A stretch of 63,031 bases of DNA, the filler included, from Asterionella formosa (lineage: Eukaryota), in the NCBI GenBank assembly GCA_002256025.1. It is 21 parts of 21 records of this genome, joined end to end, with 100 filler letters (N's around TTAATTAATTAA, not from the genome) between each part and the next. Parts side by side here need not be neighbours in the genome. Positions count along the whole stretch, not along the records: positions 36,415 to 38,097 come from NKIB01001507.1; positions 38,198 to 39,879 come from NKIB01001508.1; positions 39,980 to 41,661 come from NKIB01001509.1; positions 41,762 to 43,443 come from NKIB01001510.1; positions 43,544 to 45,225 come from NKIB01001511.1; positions 45,326 to 47,007 come from NKIB01001512.1; positions 47,108 to 48,789 come from NKIB01001513.1; 14 more parts are not named here. One strand, 5' to 3'. The position numbers and the translations under genes are program-made. Positions 37,236-48,889 of the stretch are shown here, piece by piece (positions within the stretch are counted from its first letter, which is position 1; each line of letters starts with the position of its first letter). The notes below the pieces were generated by a model. The model worked only from the letters and a program-made list of their open reading frames with translations, was not told the DNA's origin and searched no databases.

Positions 37236-37600
37236 TACAATCCTAAAACTATGATGATTAACTATGGTGTTTTATTGCTTGCTTATTACTCCGACTACCG
37301 GTACCGCTTTTCAGTTTCACGATCATACAATCCTAAAACTATGATGATTTACTGTCCCATTGTAATTGCAACAGTCACGAACATATGGTGTTCTATTTGT
37401 TTTTAGTTTTACGATTATACGATCCTAAAACTATGATGATTTACTGTCCCACTGTAATTGCAACAGTCATGAACATATGGTGTTCTATTTGTTTTTAGTT
37501 TTATGATCATACGATCCTAAAACTATGATGATTTACTGTCCCACTGCAGTAGCAACAGTCCTGAACATATGGTGTTCTGTTGCTAGTTTACTACTCCGAC
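37236..37600. repeat. Minisatellite, about 4 units of 90-92 bp
   Basis: ATCCTAAAACTATGATGATT at 37240, 37330, 37422 and 37514. Confidence 0.92.
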
Positions 37601-39187
37601 TACCCCCAGTATATCACTTACTACCTGCTACTGGTACTCTGTATATATATATGATATATTGTTATTGTCATATGATGTACCGGTACACATGAAGAGCTCC
37701 CGCCCAAAAAAGGGGCTTAAACAATTTGCTACCAAAACCCTTGCGGCATTTGAACGGTCTAAATAATTAGTTTCAACGGACGTAGAAAATATCGATGCAA
37801 ACAAATTTCAGAGATAATACCGGTACACGTAGTCGTGGAAAACAATGGACATATAGTGCATTGAGTATTTTCGAATTATGTATATTTGAGTATGATCATC
37901 TCAACCATATCAGATGTTCCATATCGAGAGCGCCTTTGAATTTTATAAAATGTATTACGCTATATATATGTATATATTTACAAATTTTATTAGTATATTC
38001 ATGGCAAATATATTTTTCAAATCGTTCTGTCATGTTAACAAACAATGCCTGCTGCTTCATGAAAAGATACGTCGTAGTAAAGCACATGACAAGAAAANNN
38101 NNNNNNNNNNNNNNNNNNNNNNNNNNNNNNNNNNNNNNNNNTTAATTAATTAANNNNNNNNNNNNNNNNNNNNNNNNNNNNNNNNNNNNNNNNNNNNGAA
38201 CGCGGGATTCAGGGCTTCTCTATTGAAGTCGGCCTCGCGAACGATGATTCCGTGGTGCAATGCTTCGTCGTCGTTCACGTCTCCATCAATCATTCTGGCA
38301 AGATGAAATTCAGATTTCAATCAATAAGGAGGAGCACCGAGGCACTAGAATAATCGACGCAACAGAATAGGTAATCAAAACAGATGCTGGGTCCGTTTTG
38401 CTGGACCCCTGAGCTACCTTGCGATGCATGTGATTGGTTTCATACGGAGTAGTCTACCCGATGGTAATATGAGGTATGTACAGGTTTTTCTTCATGTCAC
38501 AGTTGTATCGTGTCCTTAATTATTATTAATGTATGCCATGTAAACCGGTCGTAAACATCTGATGATTTTATTCTTCGAGTTTGTTCTACTTTACCGGTCG
38601 TACGTGGCACCTACAAGTTGTGGTCATTTTGCTTAAATAAACAATTTAATATGGGATAAAGAAAGCTAAAATATTTAGCTTCGGCACAATTACAGCATGA
38701 ACTTGCTGTTTTACCTGGTACGGAGTGTAGGTCGTAGTTGTAGACTACATTTTGCAGCATGTAAATATGATTTAGAGCATGGGGTCGGGTCTATCGATAA
38801 TAGTTCCGGTACCTGGTACCAGGTACCGGTAGACTGTTTTGTATCGCTACCGGTATATATATATTTCGAACACAAGGAATTATTCGTGGTAGAAAATCGA
38901 TTCCTTGCTACGCTTCTTAACATAATGTACAGTGGTAATGGCCTCTTACTATCGCATAATAAGGATCACATATGTACCGATATTTATAGTTCATGTAGCG
39001 GCAGTAGACCCTACAGGGTAATAGTCATGGTCACAATCTTCTTTCACATCATCTTTACGACTGTTGATACGAACCCTACTGGAAAATAATAGGTTGAACA
39101 ATACATGTTACCCCTGTAACTTGCATTGCACAGAGGAATGCAGGCAGAAACAGAAGGAAAAGGGGAAAAGTTGTACACTTTTTATTC

Positions 39188-39390
39188 TAAGGGTCGTTCT
39201 TATCATTCCGAATTTGCTGTATCATTTCCGGGTTGTGGGCAAAAAGTGACGGTTGGTATCAAAACACGGTATCAGCAACGGTAACTTGATGGTATCAATT
39301 TTGTATCATTGATACAAAATTGATACCTTTTTTGCCCCCTCCAAAAACGGTATCAGTGATACTGACGTTTTCACGCGGGTATCATTTCCG
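39188..39390. repeat. Cluster of GGTATCA/TGATAC motifs with a perfect hairpin (39291-39327); probable transposon subterminal region
   Basis: GGTATCAATTTTGTATCA-T-TGATACAAAATTGATACC (18-bp arms) plus about 6 further GTATCA/TGATAC copies. Confidence 0.6.
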
Positions 39391-39979
39391 TTGTCACTAA
39401 TAAAATAACCGAAAATAAGCCTGCAAGGCAAGGCACCAGTGATAATATAAATGGCATATACTATTCCTTCAATTTTATGCTGGCTGCGTACATCGTCCAA
39501 GCAACACCATTGATACAATTATACAGCACCAGACAGAAAGTTATACTTGGCGATCTTATAACTCCCAAGTGTTTTTGTGTATTTGTTACTACAGATCAGT
39601 CATTTGAATCTCCCTGAAGATACTACAAGCAAGGCAAATGGAACCGCATAGTATGGAACCAGTCACACAAACGCAAACAGCAACTGTTGATGTGGAGACC
39701 ACTGTATGTCAAGATCGACCCACCACCTTCAACGATAGTACAATGCAGTCTCTTGCTACAGATACTGAAGTCGATCGATTTGTTGACTCCCTCATACTTC
39801 CTGATGACTTTGTGCTTGATAGTGAAAGGACAAAGGTGATTTTCATCAAAGGTGTTGCAATGAAGCAGATCTCGGTCAANNNNNNNNNNNNNNNNNNNNN
39901 NNNNNNNNNNNNNNNNNNNNNNNTTAATTAATTAANNNNNNNNNNNNNNNNNNNNNNNNNNNNNNNNNNNNNNNNNNNN

Positions 39980-41661
39980 TTTCTACGGATAGTGGCAAGT
40001 CTTGGTGTAAAGTTGAAAATGCTGTTGCATTTACAGATGGACTACATGGTGGAGAAAGCTTAATTTGCCTGTTTCCTAGTGTCACTCTGAAAATTCGGGC
40101 AACCTTAACTGGAGGAAAAACCATCATTCTGAAGAGTTTGAAGGCTGATTTTTTGAGAATGTCCCCGTATGAGCCGGCTTGGAAGCGTGTTCCCATTGGG
40201 TAAGTCGATTAATAAGATTTGTTCCACCCTTCGTAACAATGATTTTACAGCTAACTCAAATGCTTGTTCAAGAATGAATGTTGGAGGAGTCACTTATTAT
40301 ATGACTTCATGGCCATTTATTGATGTCTTCAAGGCTGGTGGGGGTACGTCTTGGCCAGTAGTTAGATCTGGAACTGATAAGAATGGCTGGCCACTCGAAA
40401 TCAAACCTGCCCTGGATGCACCTAATGGTGTGTATTGGGTTACTGGTCAAAACATTCTTATGACTAGCATGAATGGAAATTATCCAAGGGGCATGTATAC
40501 GTTGATCGCTGAAGGAAGTGGTCTCATCACTCTCAGTTGGGACTCTGGATATCGTTCAGTTCCCACTCCATGTCGCTATGAGTTTAATGTCACCCCAACT
40601 AACCAGGGAATGCAGCTTTTCATCCAGGAGTCTACTCTTGGAAATTACGTCAAGAACATTCAAGTATATATGCCCGGGTTTGCCCCGCGTCTCAGCACCA
40701 CGTTTTGTAACATAACCAACATCAACCACAAATGTCCGCTTGAAACTGGCAAGATTCAACTTTGCCACAAGTTTGATAATGGCCGCTATAGAACTATTTG
40801 CATGACCCAACAGGAGAGTGCATCATACCTGCAAAACTACACAAGTGACTATTGTGGGGCATGCCTTCAAATTGATAATCCTGTCACCAACTGCACGGAC
40901 ACATGTGCACGTTCAAAGAGTTGGGTCTGCCATAGGGTTTCGAACGGGACGAAATCCTATGATATCAGTACATGTGTAAATAGCAATTCTACTCCTGTGT
41001 ATTTGAAAAACAAAGACGATTATTGTGGAAAGTGCGTTAACAGAACAGTTTCATGCGGGGTAATTGGTCAGCGCTGCATTTCTGATTCTGAATGCTGTGG
41101 CACCTGTGACAAGACCCAAGGAAAATGCGCACAGCTATTCCATCCTTTGTTTCTCGACTCTCTAGATGCATTCAAACGAGGCGTTATTCGTTTCATGGAT
41201 TGGGGGGCGACGAACTCACAACAAGTATCGAAGTGGAGTGAAAGAAACACATTTGACTCAGTCTCACAAGCTCGTTCATATAGACGTGCTATTGCCATCT
41301 CATCAATTGTTCAGACGGGGGCAACGCTTTTCTCCGGGAATCAAGTCGTGTTGATCACAACTACAGAGGCCCACGGCTTGGCAACTGGTCAGCGAATCAC
41401 AATCACCGGATCGAACGGGAATGTAATACTGACAAGTGGGCTCAACGTTTCTTTTGATGTTTCTGAGCAGATGGTCGAAGTTATCACAAATACCACCTTT
41501 GTTGTCGGTTACGAACGTTGGAACTGGGACAGTTCTTATGTGACACAAAGTGTCACGTCTGGTAACAAAGGGTCGATTGAGATCAGGCTTTCCCCTGGAG
41601 TTAGTCTCGAAGTCCAGATTGCGCTCAGCAATAAGCTCGGATCAGACGGATGGTTCTGTGT
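39980..41661 (+). CDS. Partial putative glycoside-hydrolase-like ('cellulose-binding protein' type) mosaic protein, copy A; intron 40200-40272
   Basis: Splicing gives VPIGMNVGGVTYY..WPFIDVFK. Then D.NGWP, G.YTL..EGSG, FHPLFLDSL...IRFMDWGATN...W..R and GVSLEVQIALSNKLGSDGWFC, with Cys-rich inserts. Open at both contig edges. Confidence 0.7.
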
Positions 41662-41761
41662 NNNNNNNNNNNNNNNNNNNNNNNNNNNNNNNNNNNNNNN
41701 NNNNNTTAATTAATTAANNNNNNNNNNNNNNNNNNNNNNNNNNNNNNNNNNNNNNNNNNNN

Positions 41762-43443
41762 TCTTATCTGAACTGCTCTTTGGATTTTATTAAGTAAGCT
41801 ATCACCAATTGAATTACTGTTGAGATCAAGTTCAGTCAAGACAGTATTGACCTCGAGAGCCTCTGCAATGGCCTTGGCTCCGTCATCAACAATTGAATTA
41901 TTAGAGAGTGTAAGTGTAGTCAAGACAGTATTGACCTTGAGAGCCTCCGCAATGGCCTTGGCTCCGTCAACACCAATTGAATTACAACAGAGAGAAAGTG
42001 TAGTCAAGACAGTATTGTCCTTGAGAGCCTCTGCAATGGCCTTGGCTCCGTCAACACCAATTGAATTACAATCGAGATCAAGTGTAGTCAAGACAGTATT
42101 GTCCTTGAGAGACTCTGCAATGGCGTTGGCTCCGTCAACACCAATTGAATTCCATCGGAGACCAAGTGTAGTCAAGACAGTATTTACCTTGAGAGTCTCT
42201 GCAATGGCCTTGGCGCCATCATCACCAATTGATTTGGCTGCGAGGTCAAGTGCAGTCAAACTTGGATCATTTTTTTTCATCCGTTCAACATATATTTCCA
42301 GTTCTCTTGTTAGGGACCACTTGTAGGGTGACTCATAGGTTCCAGTAGGCCCTTTATTCAAGGATGCTTTGGAACTTCCACCACCAACATCAGGATCTGT
42401 TTGCCTTACAAGTTGACCCAACTTTTCAACCAATTCATTAGTCGTTGGCCTCTTCATGCGATTGGTCTGAATGCAACGAATGGCTAATTTGCACACAGAG
42501 GACAGAATTCCATCTTCCCATTCCTCTGCAAGAGGATCAACATCCTCCTCCAATTTTGGAATTGCCAACTCCAATGCCTCTGCTGGAGTTCCTTCAAAAT
42601 CGTATGGGAAGTAGCGTTCATAGAAATCTCCCAACTTCTTTGTATCATTTTGGAGGCAGCCTGTCACAAGCTCAATCATGACAATGCCAAATGAGTAAAC
42701 ATCACATGATGCTTCAAATGTCTTGTTTGCACGAGAATACGATGGACATATGTAGCTAGGTGTCCCAAAGACTCCAACATGTGATGTTTTCCAAACTGAA
42801 AAAGGAATTGCACTGGTTTCAATGGAGTCATCCACATGCACAAACTTGGCCAGGCCACAATCAATTAGCTTGGCATCATAGTTCTGTTGAAGGTAGATAT
42901 TAGATGACTTGATGTCGCGATGAAACAGACCAAGGTTGTCATTTGTACCAGTATGAAGGAAATGGATGGCACTAATAATGTTGTATATGATTTTAAGTCG
43001 AATCTCACCCGAGAGTCTTGCTCTGCTTTGTTCACTCTTATAGAATGTATCAAGAGAACCTTTCAATGTAAACTCATATACCAGGTATTGAGAAGTCATA
43101 TCAGAGGACAAATGATAGCCATACAAAATTACAATATTGGGGTGTCGCAACCTCTTTAATGCCTGAAACAGTATGACAGTAGAATGAGAAACGTAAAGAC
43201 TTGAAACGACATGCTATAGATGATACCTCAAATAAGCTCACCTGCAATTCTCTTTTAAAAATCTCTCTAACTTCCTCCACTTTATCGCTCTCAACAGCAA
43301 TATTGGCAAGCATACATTTAACAACAAAGACCCGATTTTCAATCTGGCCTTTGTAGGCAACACCAAAAGCTCCTTCACCAAGTTTCAAGGATTTATTAAA
43401 GTTGTTTGTACAACTATTAATGAATTCAACAGGAAGCTCGATT
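41762..43443 (-). CDS. IRAK/Pelle/RLK-like protein kinase with C-terminal RI/NLRC3-type 28-aa LRRs (partial); intron 43163-43241
   Basis: CTNNF...LGEGAFGVAYKG, FKRELQ|ALKRLRHPNIV, HRDIKSSNI, DCG in place of DFG, GTPSYICP, DVYSFGIV, then about 6 repeats of LTTL.L..NSIG.DGAKAIAEALK.NTV. Confidence 0.9.
41795..42260. repeat. 84-bp coding tandem repeat (LRR units)
   Basis: GTCAAGACAGTATT recurs every 84 bp. Confidence 0.92.
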
Positions 43444-43543
43444 NNNNNNNNNNNNNNNNNNNNNNNNNNNNNNNNNNNNNNNNNNNNTTAATTAATTAAN
43501 NNNNNNNNNNNNNNNNNNNNNNNNNNNNNNNNNNNNNNNNNNN

Positions 43544-45225
43544 ATCCCCTTTCCCAAAGCACTTGAACTAATCCCTTCGATTTTCCTTCCCAACCTTCCT
43601 TGACCCTTGAAATTTGTGTCGATGTTGGCACTTGATATTGTGGACAGAGGAACACCAGATCGCTTTTATTCTTCCCTTTAGTATTGGCTCCCTTAGCAGC
43701 AAGATCGAATATTAATTGGGCACGACTTCTTTGAATTTCTTTGGGTACTCCAATGATGGTATCATGTCGACTTGCTTCTTGTTCAGCAGGAGTCATCCAA
43801 CATGGGCCCACATCATCAGGTTGGAATGTGAGGTGCTGTGTTTGACCAGGCTGTAATTTTCTTTGAAAGGGGCCAAGGAATCCTGCTTCTTGTTCAATGA
43901 TTGTCGATCGCATGGGCAACCCCTTTCCACCAAAGGTTTTTTTCATCCTGATTGAACTCAATCCATCAGGTCTATGTTTGCTGTGTCCACTTGAATGGTC
44001 AAATAGATAAACAAACTTATAGTGTGGATGCATCACTTTTAGTACATCAATTGTGTCTTCGAATTGACACACCATGTGATTGTAATTCCAGTAGCCATCT
44101 CGATTTTCTCCATAATCAAAGTAGACCAAGAATGGAGAATTGTTTTTTGTCAATGGCTTCTTCTTTTTGGTCCCATGTACGTCAATTGCAGCTTCCTCAT
44201 CTGCATAACTTGCTCCAAGTCTATTGGCATTGACCGTTGTAAGAATATAGTCATCGATTTCTCTTATCAAGCCATGCTCTCGAGTGATAAATGAACTGAT
44301 CATTACTCCAGAACCCTCATCTTTTGGTAGTAGGGGTCTCTCGCCATTCGGACCTGTCCACATCTTGGAATTCAACAAGAATTGTTTGAATATTGCTTCA
44401 TCCTGTCCAACAATCATAACAGTTTGCTCGTCATTTTTCTTTCTCACACTACAATTGCCTCCCATTGGAAGATCCGGTGAGGTATCAAAGTTGTCTGCAT
44501 GATATTCTACCATAGAGGTTCCATCATGGTCACTGTAATGAAATCCAGTATTCTTGACAACTAAACCTTGTGACTCTAGAAGTTTAGATTTTTCTGCTGT
44601 AAAATGTACCCACCTTGGAGCATTAACCTCTTTCTTGAAGTATTCAGCAATGAAAATTCGACGGTAGGCTAAGGTGTCTGCCTTCTCATGACCATCGACA
44701 AAGTAATGTTTCCTTCGAGTCTCATACTTGAATCCAACTGCGTGCATCCACCTTGCAATTGTACAAATTGAGATCTTTGTCAAACCATAGGTCAGAAGGA
44801 ACTGTTCTCTGCTGTTGTTTAATTCACTGTCCTCAACAACTCCTGGTCTTGCTGGTAAGTCTTCATAGACGTCGCAATCATCAGGAACATCTACACCCAA
44901 ACTCGCAACCAATGTTGGTACCAGATGTTCATGAACATATTCATACATTTTTTCCACAGACAAGTCATTTAAATTGGCGATCCCAAATTTCTTGAATGCA
45001 TTCATGGCATCAGGATTTGATTGGAAGAATGGAGGGATCTTATCCTTTTTGATTGGCGACTTACAGAAAGCATCTTGTAAATTGTATGCCAGTTGCCGAT
45101 GCCACCTTCCAAGAGTCCTCACATTGGAGTAGGCTTCTAATCCAAGATCATTCATAACTCCAATTGAATATTGGAGGCACTGCTGCCAGGTCCATCTGGT
45201 TTCCCCAATTTCCTTCTGAACAAAC
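43544..45225 (-). mobile_element. Internal part of a DDE-type transposase (probably IS630/Tc1-mariner related), copy 1
   Basis: HTH-like TIARWMHAVGFKY, YFVDGHE, GQDEAIF, KDEGSGVMISSF, GYWN...QFED..D.LK..HP..F.YLFDHSSGH and GKSKGL.QVLWERG; open reading frame. Confidence 0.75.
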
Positions 45226-45325
45226 NNNNNNNNNNNNNNNNNNNNNNNNNNNNNNNNNNNNNNNNNNNNTTAATTAATTAANNNNNNNNNNNNNNNNNNN
45301 NNNNNNNNNNNNNNNNNNNNNNNNN

Positions 45326-47007
45326 TTTCTACGGATAGTGGCAAGTCTTGGTGTAAAGTTGAAAATGCTGTTGCATTTACAGATGGACTACATGGTGGAG
45401 AAAGCTTAATTTGCCTGTTTCCTAGTGTCACTCTGAAAATTCGGGCAACCTTTACTGGAGGAGAAACCATCATTCTGAAGAGTTTGAAGGCTGATTTTTT
45501 GAGAATGTCACCGTATGAGCCGGCTTGGAAGCGTGTTCCCATTGGGTAAGTCGATTAATAAGATTTGTTCCACCGTTCGTAACAATAATGTTAAAGCTAA
45601 CTCAAATGCTTGTCCAAGAATGAATGTTGGAGGAGTCACTTATTGGATTACTTCATGGCCATTTATTGATGTCTTCAAGGCTGGTGGGGGTACGTCTTGG
45701 CCAGTGGTTAGATCTGGAACTGATAAAAATGGCTGGCCACTCGAAATCAAACCTGCCCTGGATGCACCTAATGGTGTGTATTGGGTTACTGGTCAAAACA
45801 TTCTCATGAATAAAATGAATGGTAATTATCCAGGGGGCATGTATACGTTGATCGCTGAAGGAAGTGGTCTCATCACTCTCAGTTGGGACTCTGGATATCG
45901 TTCAGTTCCCACTCCATGTCGCTATGAGTTTAATGTCACCCCAACTGACCAGGGAATGCAGCTTTTCATCAAGCAGTCTACCCTTGGAAATTACGTCAAG
46001 AACATTCAAGTATATATGCCCGGGTTTGCCCCGCGTCTCAGCACCACGTTTTGTAACATAACCAACGTCAACCACAAATGTCCACTTGAAACTGGCAAGA
46101 TTCAACTTTGCCACAAGTTTGATAATGGCCGCTACAGAACTATTTGCATGACCCAACAGGAGAGTGCATCATACCTGCAAAACTACACAAGTGACTATTG
46201 TGGGGCATGTCTTCAAATTGACAATCCTGTCACCAACTGCACGGACACATGTGCACCATCAAAGAGTTGGGTCTGCCATAGGGTTTCGAACCGGACGATA
46301 TCCTATGACATCAGTGCATGTGTAAATAGCAATTCTACTCCTGTGTATTTGAAAAACAAAAACGATTATTGTGGAAAGTGCGTTAACAGAACAGTTTCGT
46401 GCGGGGTAATTGGTCAGCGCTGCATTTCTGATTCCGAATGCTGTGGCACCTGTGACAAGACCCAAGGAAAATGCAAACAGCTATTCCATCCTTTGTTTCT
46501 CGACTCTCTAGATGCATTCAAACGAGGCGTTATTCGTTTCATGGATTGGGGGGCGACGAACTCACAACAAGTATCGAAGTGGAGTGAAAGAAACACAATA
46601 GACTCAGTCTCACAAGCTCGTTCATATAGCCGTGCTATTGCCATCTCATCAATTGTCAAGACGGGTGCAACACTTTTCTCCGGGAATCAAGTCGTGTTGA
46701 TCACAACTGCAAAGGCCCACGGCTTGGCAACTGGTCAGCGAATCACAATCACCGGATCGAACGGGAATGTAATATTGACAAGTGGGCTCAACGTTTCTTT
46801 TGATGTTTCTGAGCAGATGGTCGAAGTTATCACAAATACCACCTTTGTTGTCGGTTACGAACGTTGGTACTGGGACAGTACTTATGTGACACAAAGTGTC
46901 ACGTCTGGTAACAAAGGGTCGATTGAGATCAGGCTTTCCCCTGGAGTTAGTCTCGAAGTCCAGATTGCGCTCAGCAATAAGCTCGGATCAGACGGATGGT
47001 TCTGTGT
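45326..47007 (+). CDS. Partial glycoside-hydrolase-like mosaic protein, copy B; intron 45546-45618
   Basis: Colinear with 39980-41661 (same first and last bases); about 22 amino-acid differences. Confidence 0.7.
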
Positions 47008-47107
47008 NNNNNNNNNNNNNNNNNNNNNNNNNNNNNNNNNNNNNNNNNNNNTTAATTAATTAANNNNNNNNNNNNNNNNNNNNNNNNNNNNNNNNNNNNN
47101 NNNNNNN

Positions 47108-48789
47108 GTTTGTTAAGAGGGAAATTGGGGAAACCAGATGGACCTGGCAGCAGTGCCTCCAATATTCAATTGGAGTTATGAATGATCTTGGATTAGAAGC
47201 CTACTCCAATGTGAGGACTCTTGGAAGGTGGCATCGGCAACTGGCATACAATTTACAATATGCTTTCTGTAAGTCGCCAATCAAAAAGGATAAGATCCCT
47301 CCATTCTTCCAATCAAATCCTGATGCCATGAATGCATTCAAGAAATTTGGGATCGCCAATTTAAATTACTTGTCTGTGGAAAAAATGTATGAATATGTTC
47401 ATGAACATCTGGTACCAACATTGGTTGCGAGTTTGGGTGTAGATGTTCCTGATGATTGCGATGTCGATGAAGACTTACCAGCAAGACCAGGAGTTGTTGA
47501 GGACAGTGAATTAAACAACAGCAGAGAACAGTTCCTTCTGACCTATGGTTTGACAAAGATCTCAATTTGTACAATTGCAAGGTGGATGCATGCAGTTGGA
47601 TTCAAGTATGAGACTCGAAGGAAACATTACTTTGTCGATGGTCATGAGAAGGTAGACACCTTAGCCTACCGTCGAATTTTCATTGCTGAATACTTCAAGA
47701 AAGAGGTTAATGCTCCAAGGTGGGTACATTTTACAGCAGAAAAATCTAAACTTCTAGAGTCACAAGGTTTAGTTGTCAAGAATACTGGATTTCATTACAG
47801 TGACCATGATGGAACCTCTATGGTAGAATATCATGCAGACAACTTTGATACCTCACCGGATCTTCCAATGGGAGGCAATTGTAGTGTGCGAAAGAAAAAT
47901 GACGAGCAAACTGTTATGATTGTTGGACAGGATGAAGCAATATTCAAACAATTCTTGTTGAATTCCAAGATGTGGACAGGTCCAAATGGCGAGAGACCCC
48001 TACTACCAAAAGATGAGGGTTCTGGAGTAATGATCAGTTCATTTATCACTCGAGAGCATGGCTTGATAAGAGAAATCGATGACTATATTCTTACAACGAT
48101 CAATGCCAATAGACTTGGAGCAAGTTATGCAGATGAGGAAGCTGCAATTGACGTACTTGGGACCAAAAAGAAGAAGCCATTGACAAAAAACAATTCTCCA
48201 TTCTTGGTCTATTTTGATTATGGAGAAAATCGAGATGGCTACTGGAATTACAATCACATGGTGTGTCAATTCGAAGACACAATTGATGTACTAAAAGTGA
48301 TGCATCCACACTATAAGTTTGTTTATCTATTTGACCATTCAAGTGGACACAGCAAACATAGACCTGATGGATTGAGTTCAATCAGGATGAAAAAAACCTT
48401 TGGTGGAAAGGGGTTGCCCATGCGATCGACAATCATTGAACAAGAAGCAGGATTCCTTGGCCCCTTTCAAAGAAAATTACAGCCTGGTCAAACACAGCAC
48501 CTCACATTCCAACCTGATGATGTGGGCCCATGTTGGATGACTCCTGCTGAACAAGAAGCAAGTCGACATGATACCATCATTGGAGTACCCAAAGAAATTC
48601 AAAGAAGTCGTGCCCAATTAATATTCGATCTTGCTGCTAAGGGAGCCAATACTAAAGGGAAGAATAAAAGCGATCTGGTGTTCCTCTGTCCACAATATCA
48701 AGTGCCAACATCGACACAAATTTCAAGGGTCAAGGAAGGTTGGGAAGGAAAATCGAAGGGATTAGTTCAAGTGCTTTGGGAAAGGGGAT
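47108..48789 (+). mobile_element. Same DDE-type transposase segment, copy 2
   Basis: Reverse complement of 43544-45225 with few substitutions; frame intact. Confidence 0.75.
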
Positions 48790-48889
48790 NNNNNNNNNNN
48801 NNNNNNNNNNNNNNNNNNNNNNNNNNNNNNNNNTTAATTAATTAANNNNNNNNNNNNNNNNNNNNNNNNNNNNNNNNNNNNNNNNNNNN

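Noticed and set aside
37236..37600. CRISPR-like repeat-spacer pattern
   Set aside because: The intervening sequences are themselves repeated (a 92-bp minisatellite), the context is eukaryotic, and no cas genes are present.
40169..40273. ORF-track N-terminus MSRLGSVF... of the GH-like protein
   Set aside because: It reads through a GT-AG intron with a CTAAC branch site; the real upstream exon is in another frame.
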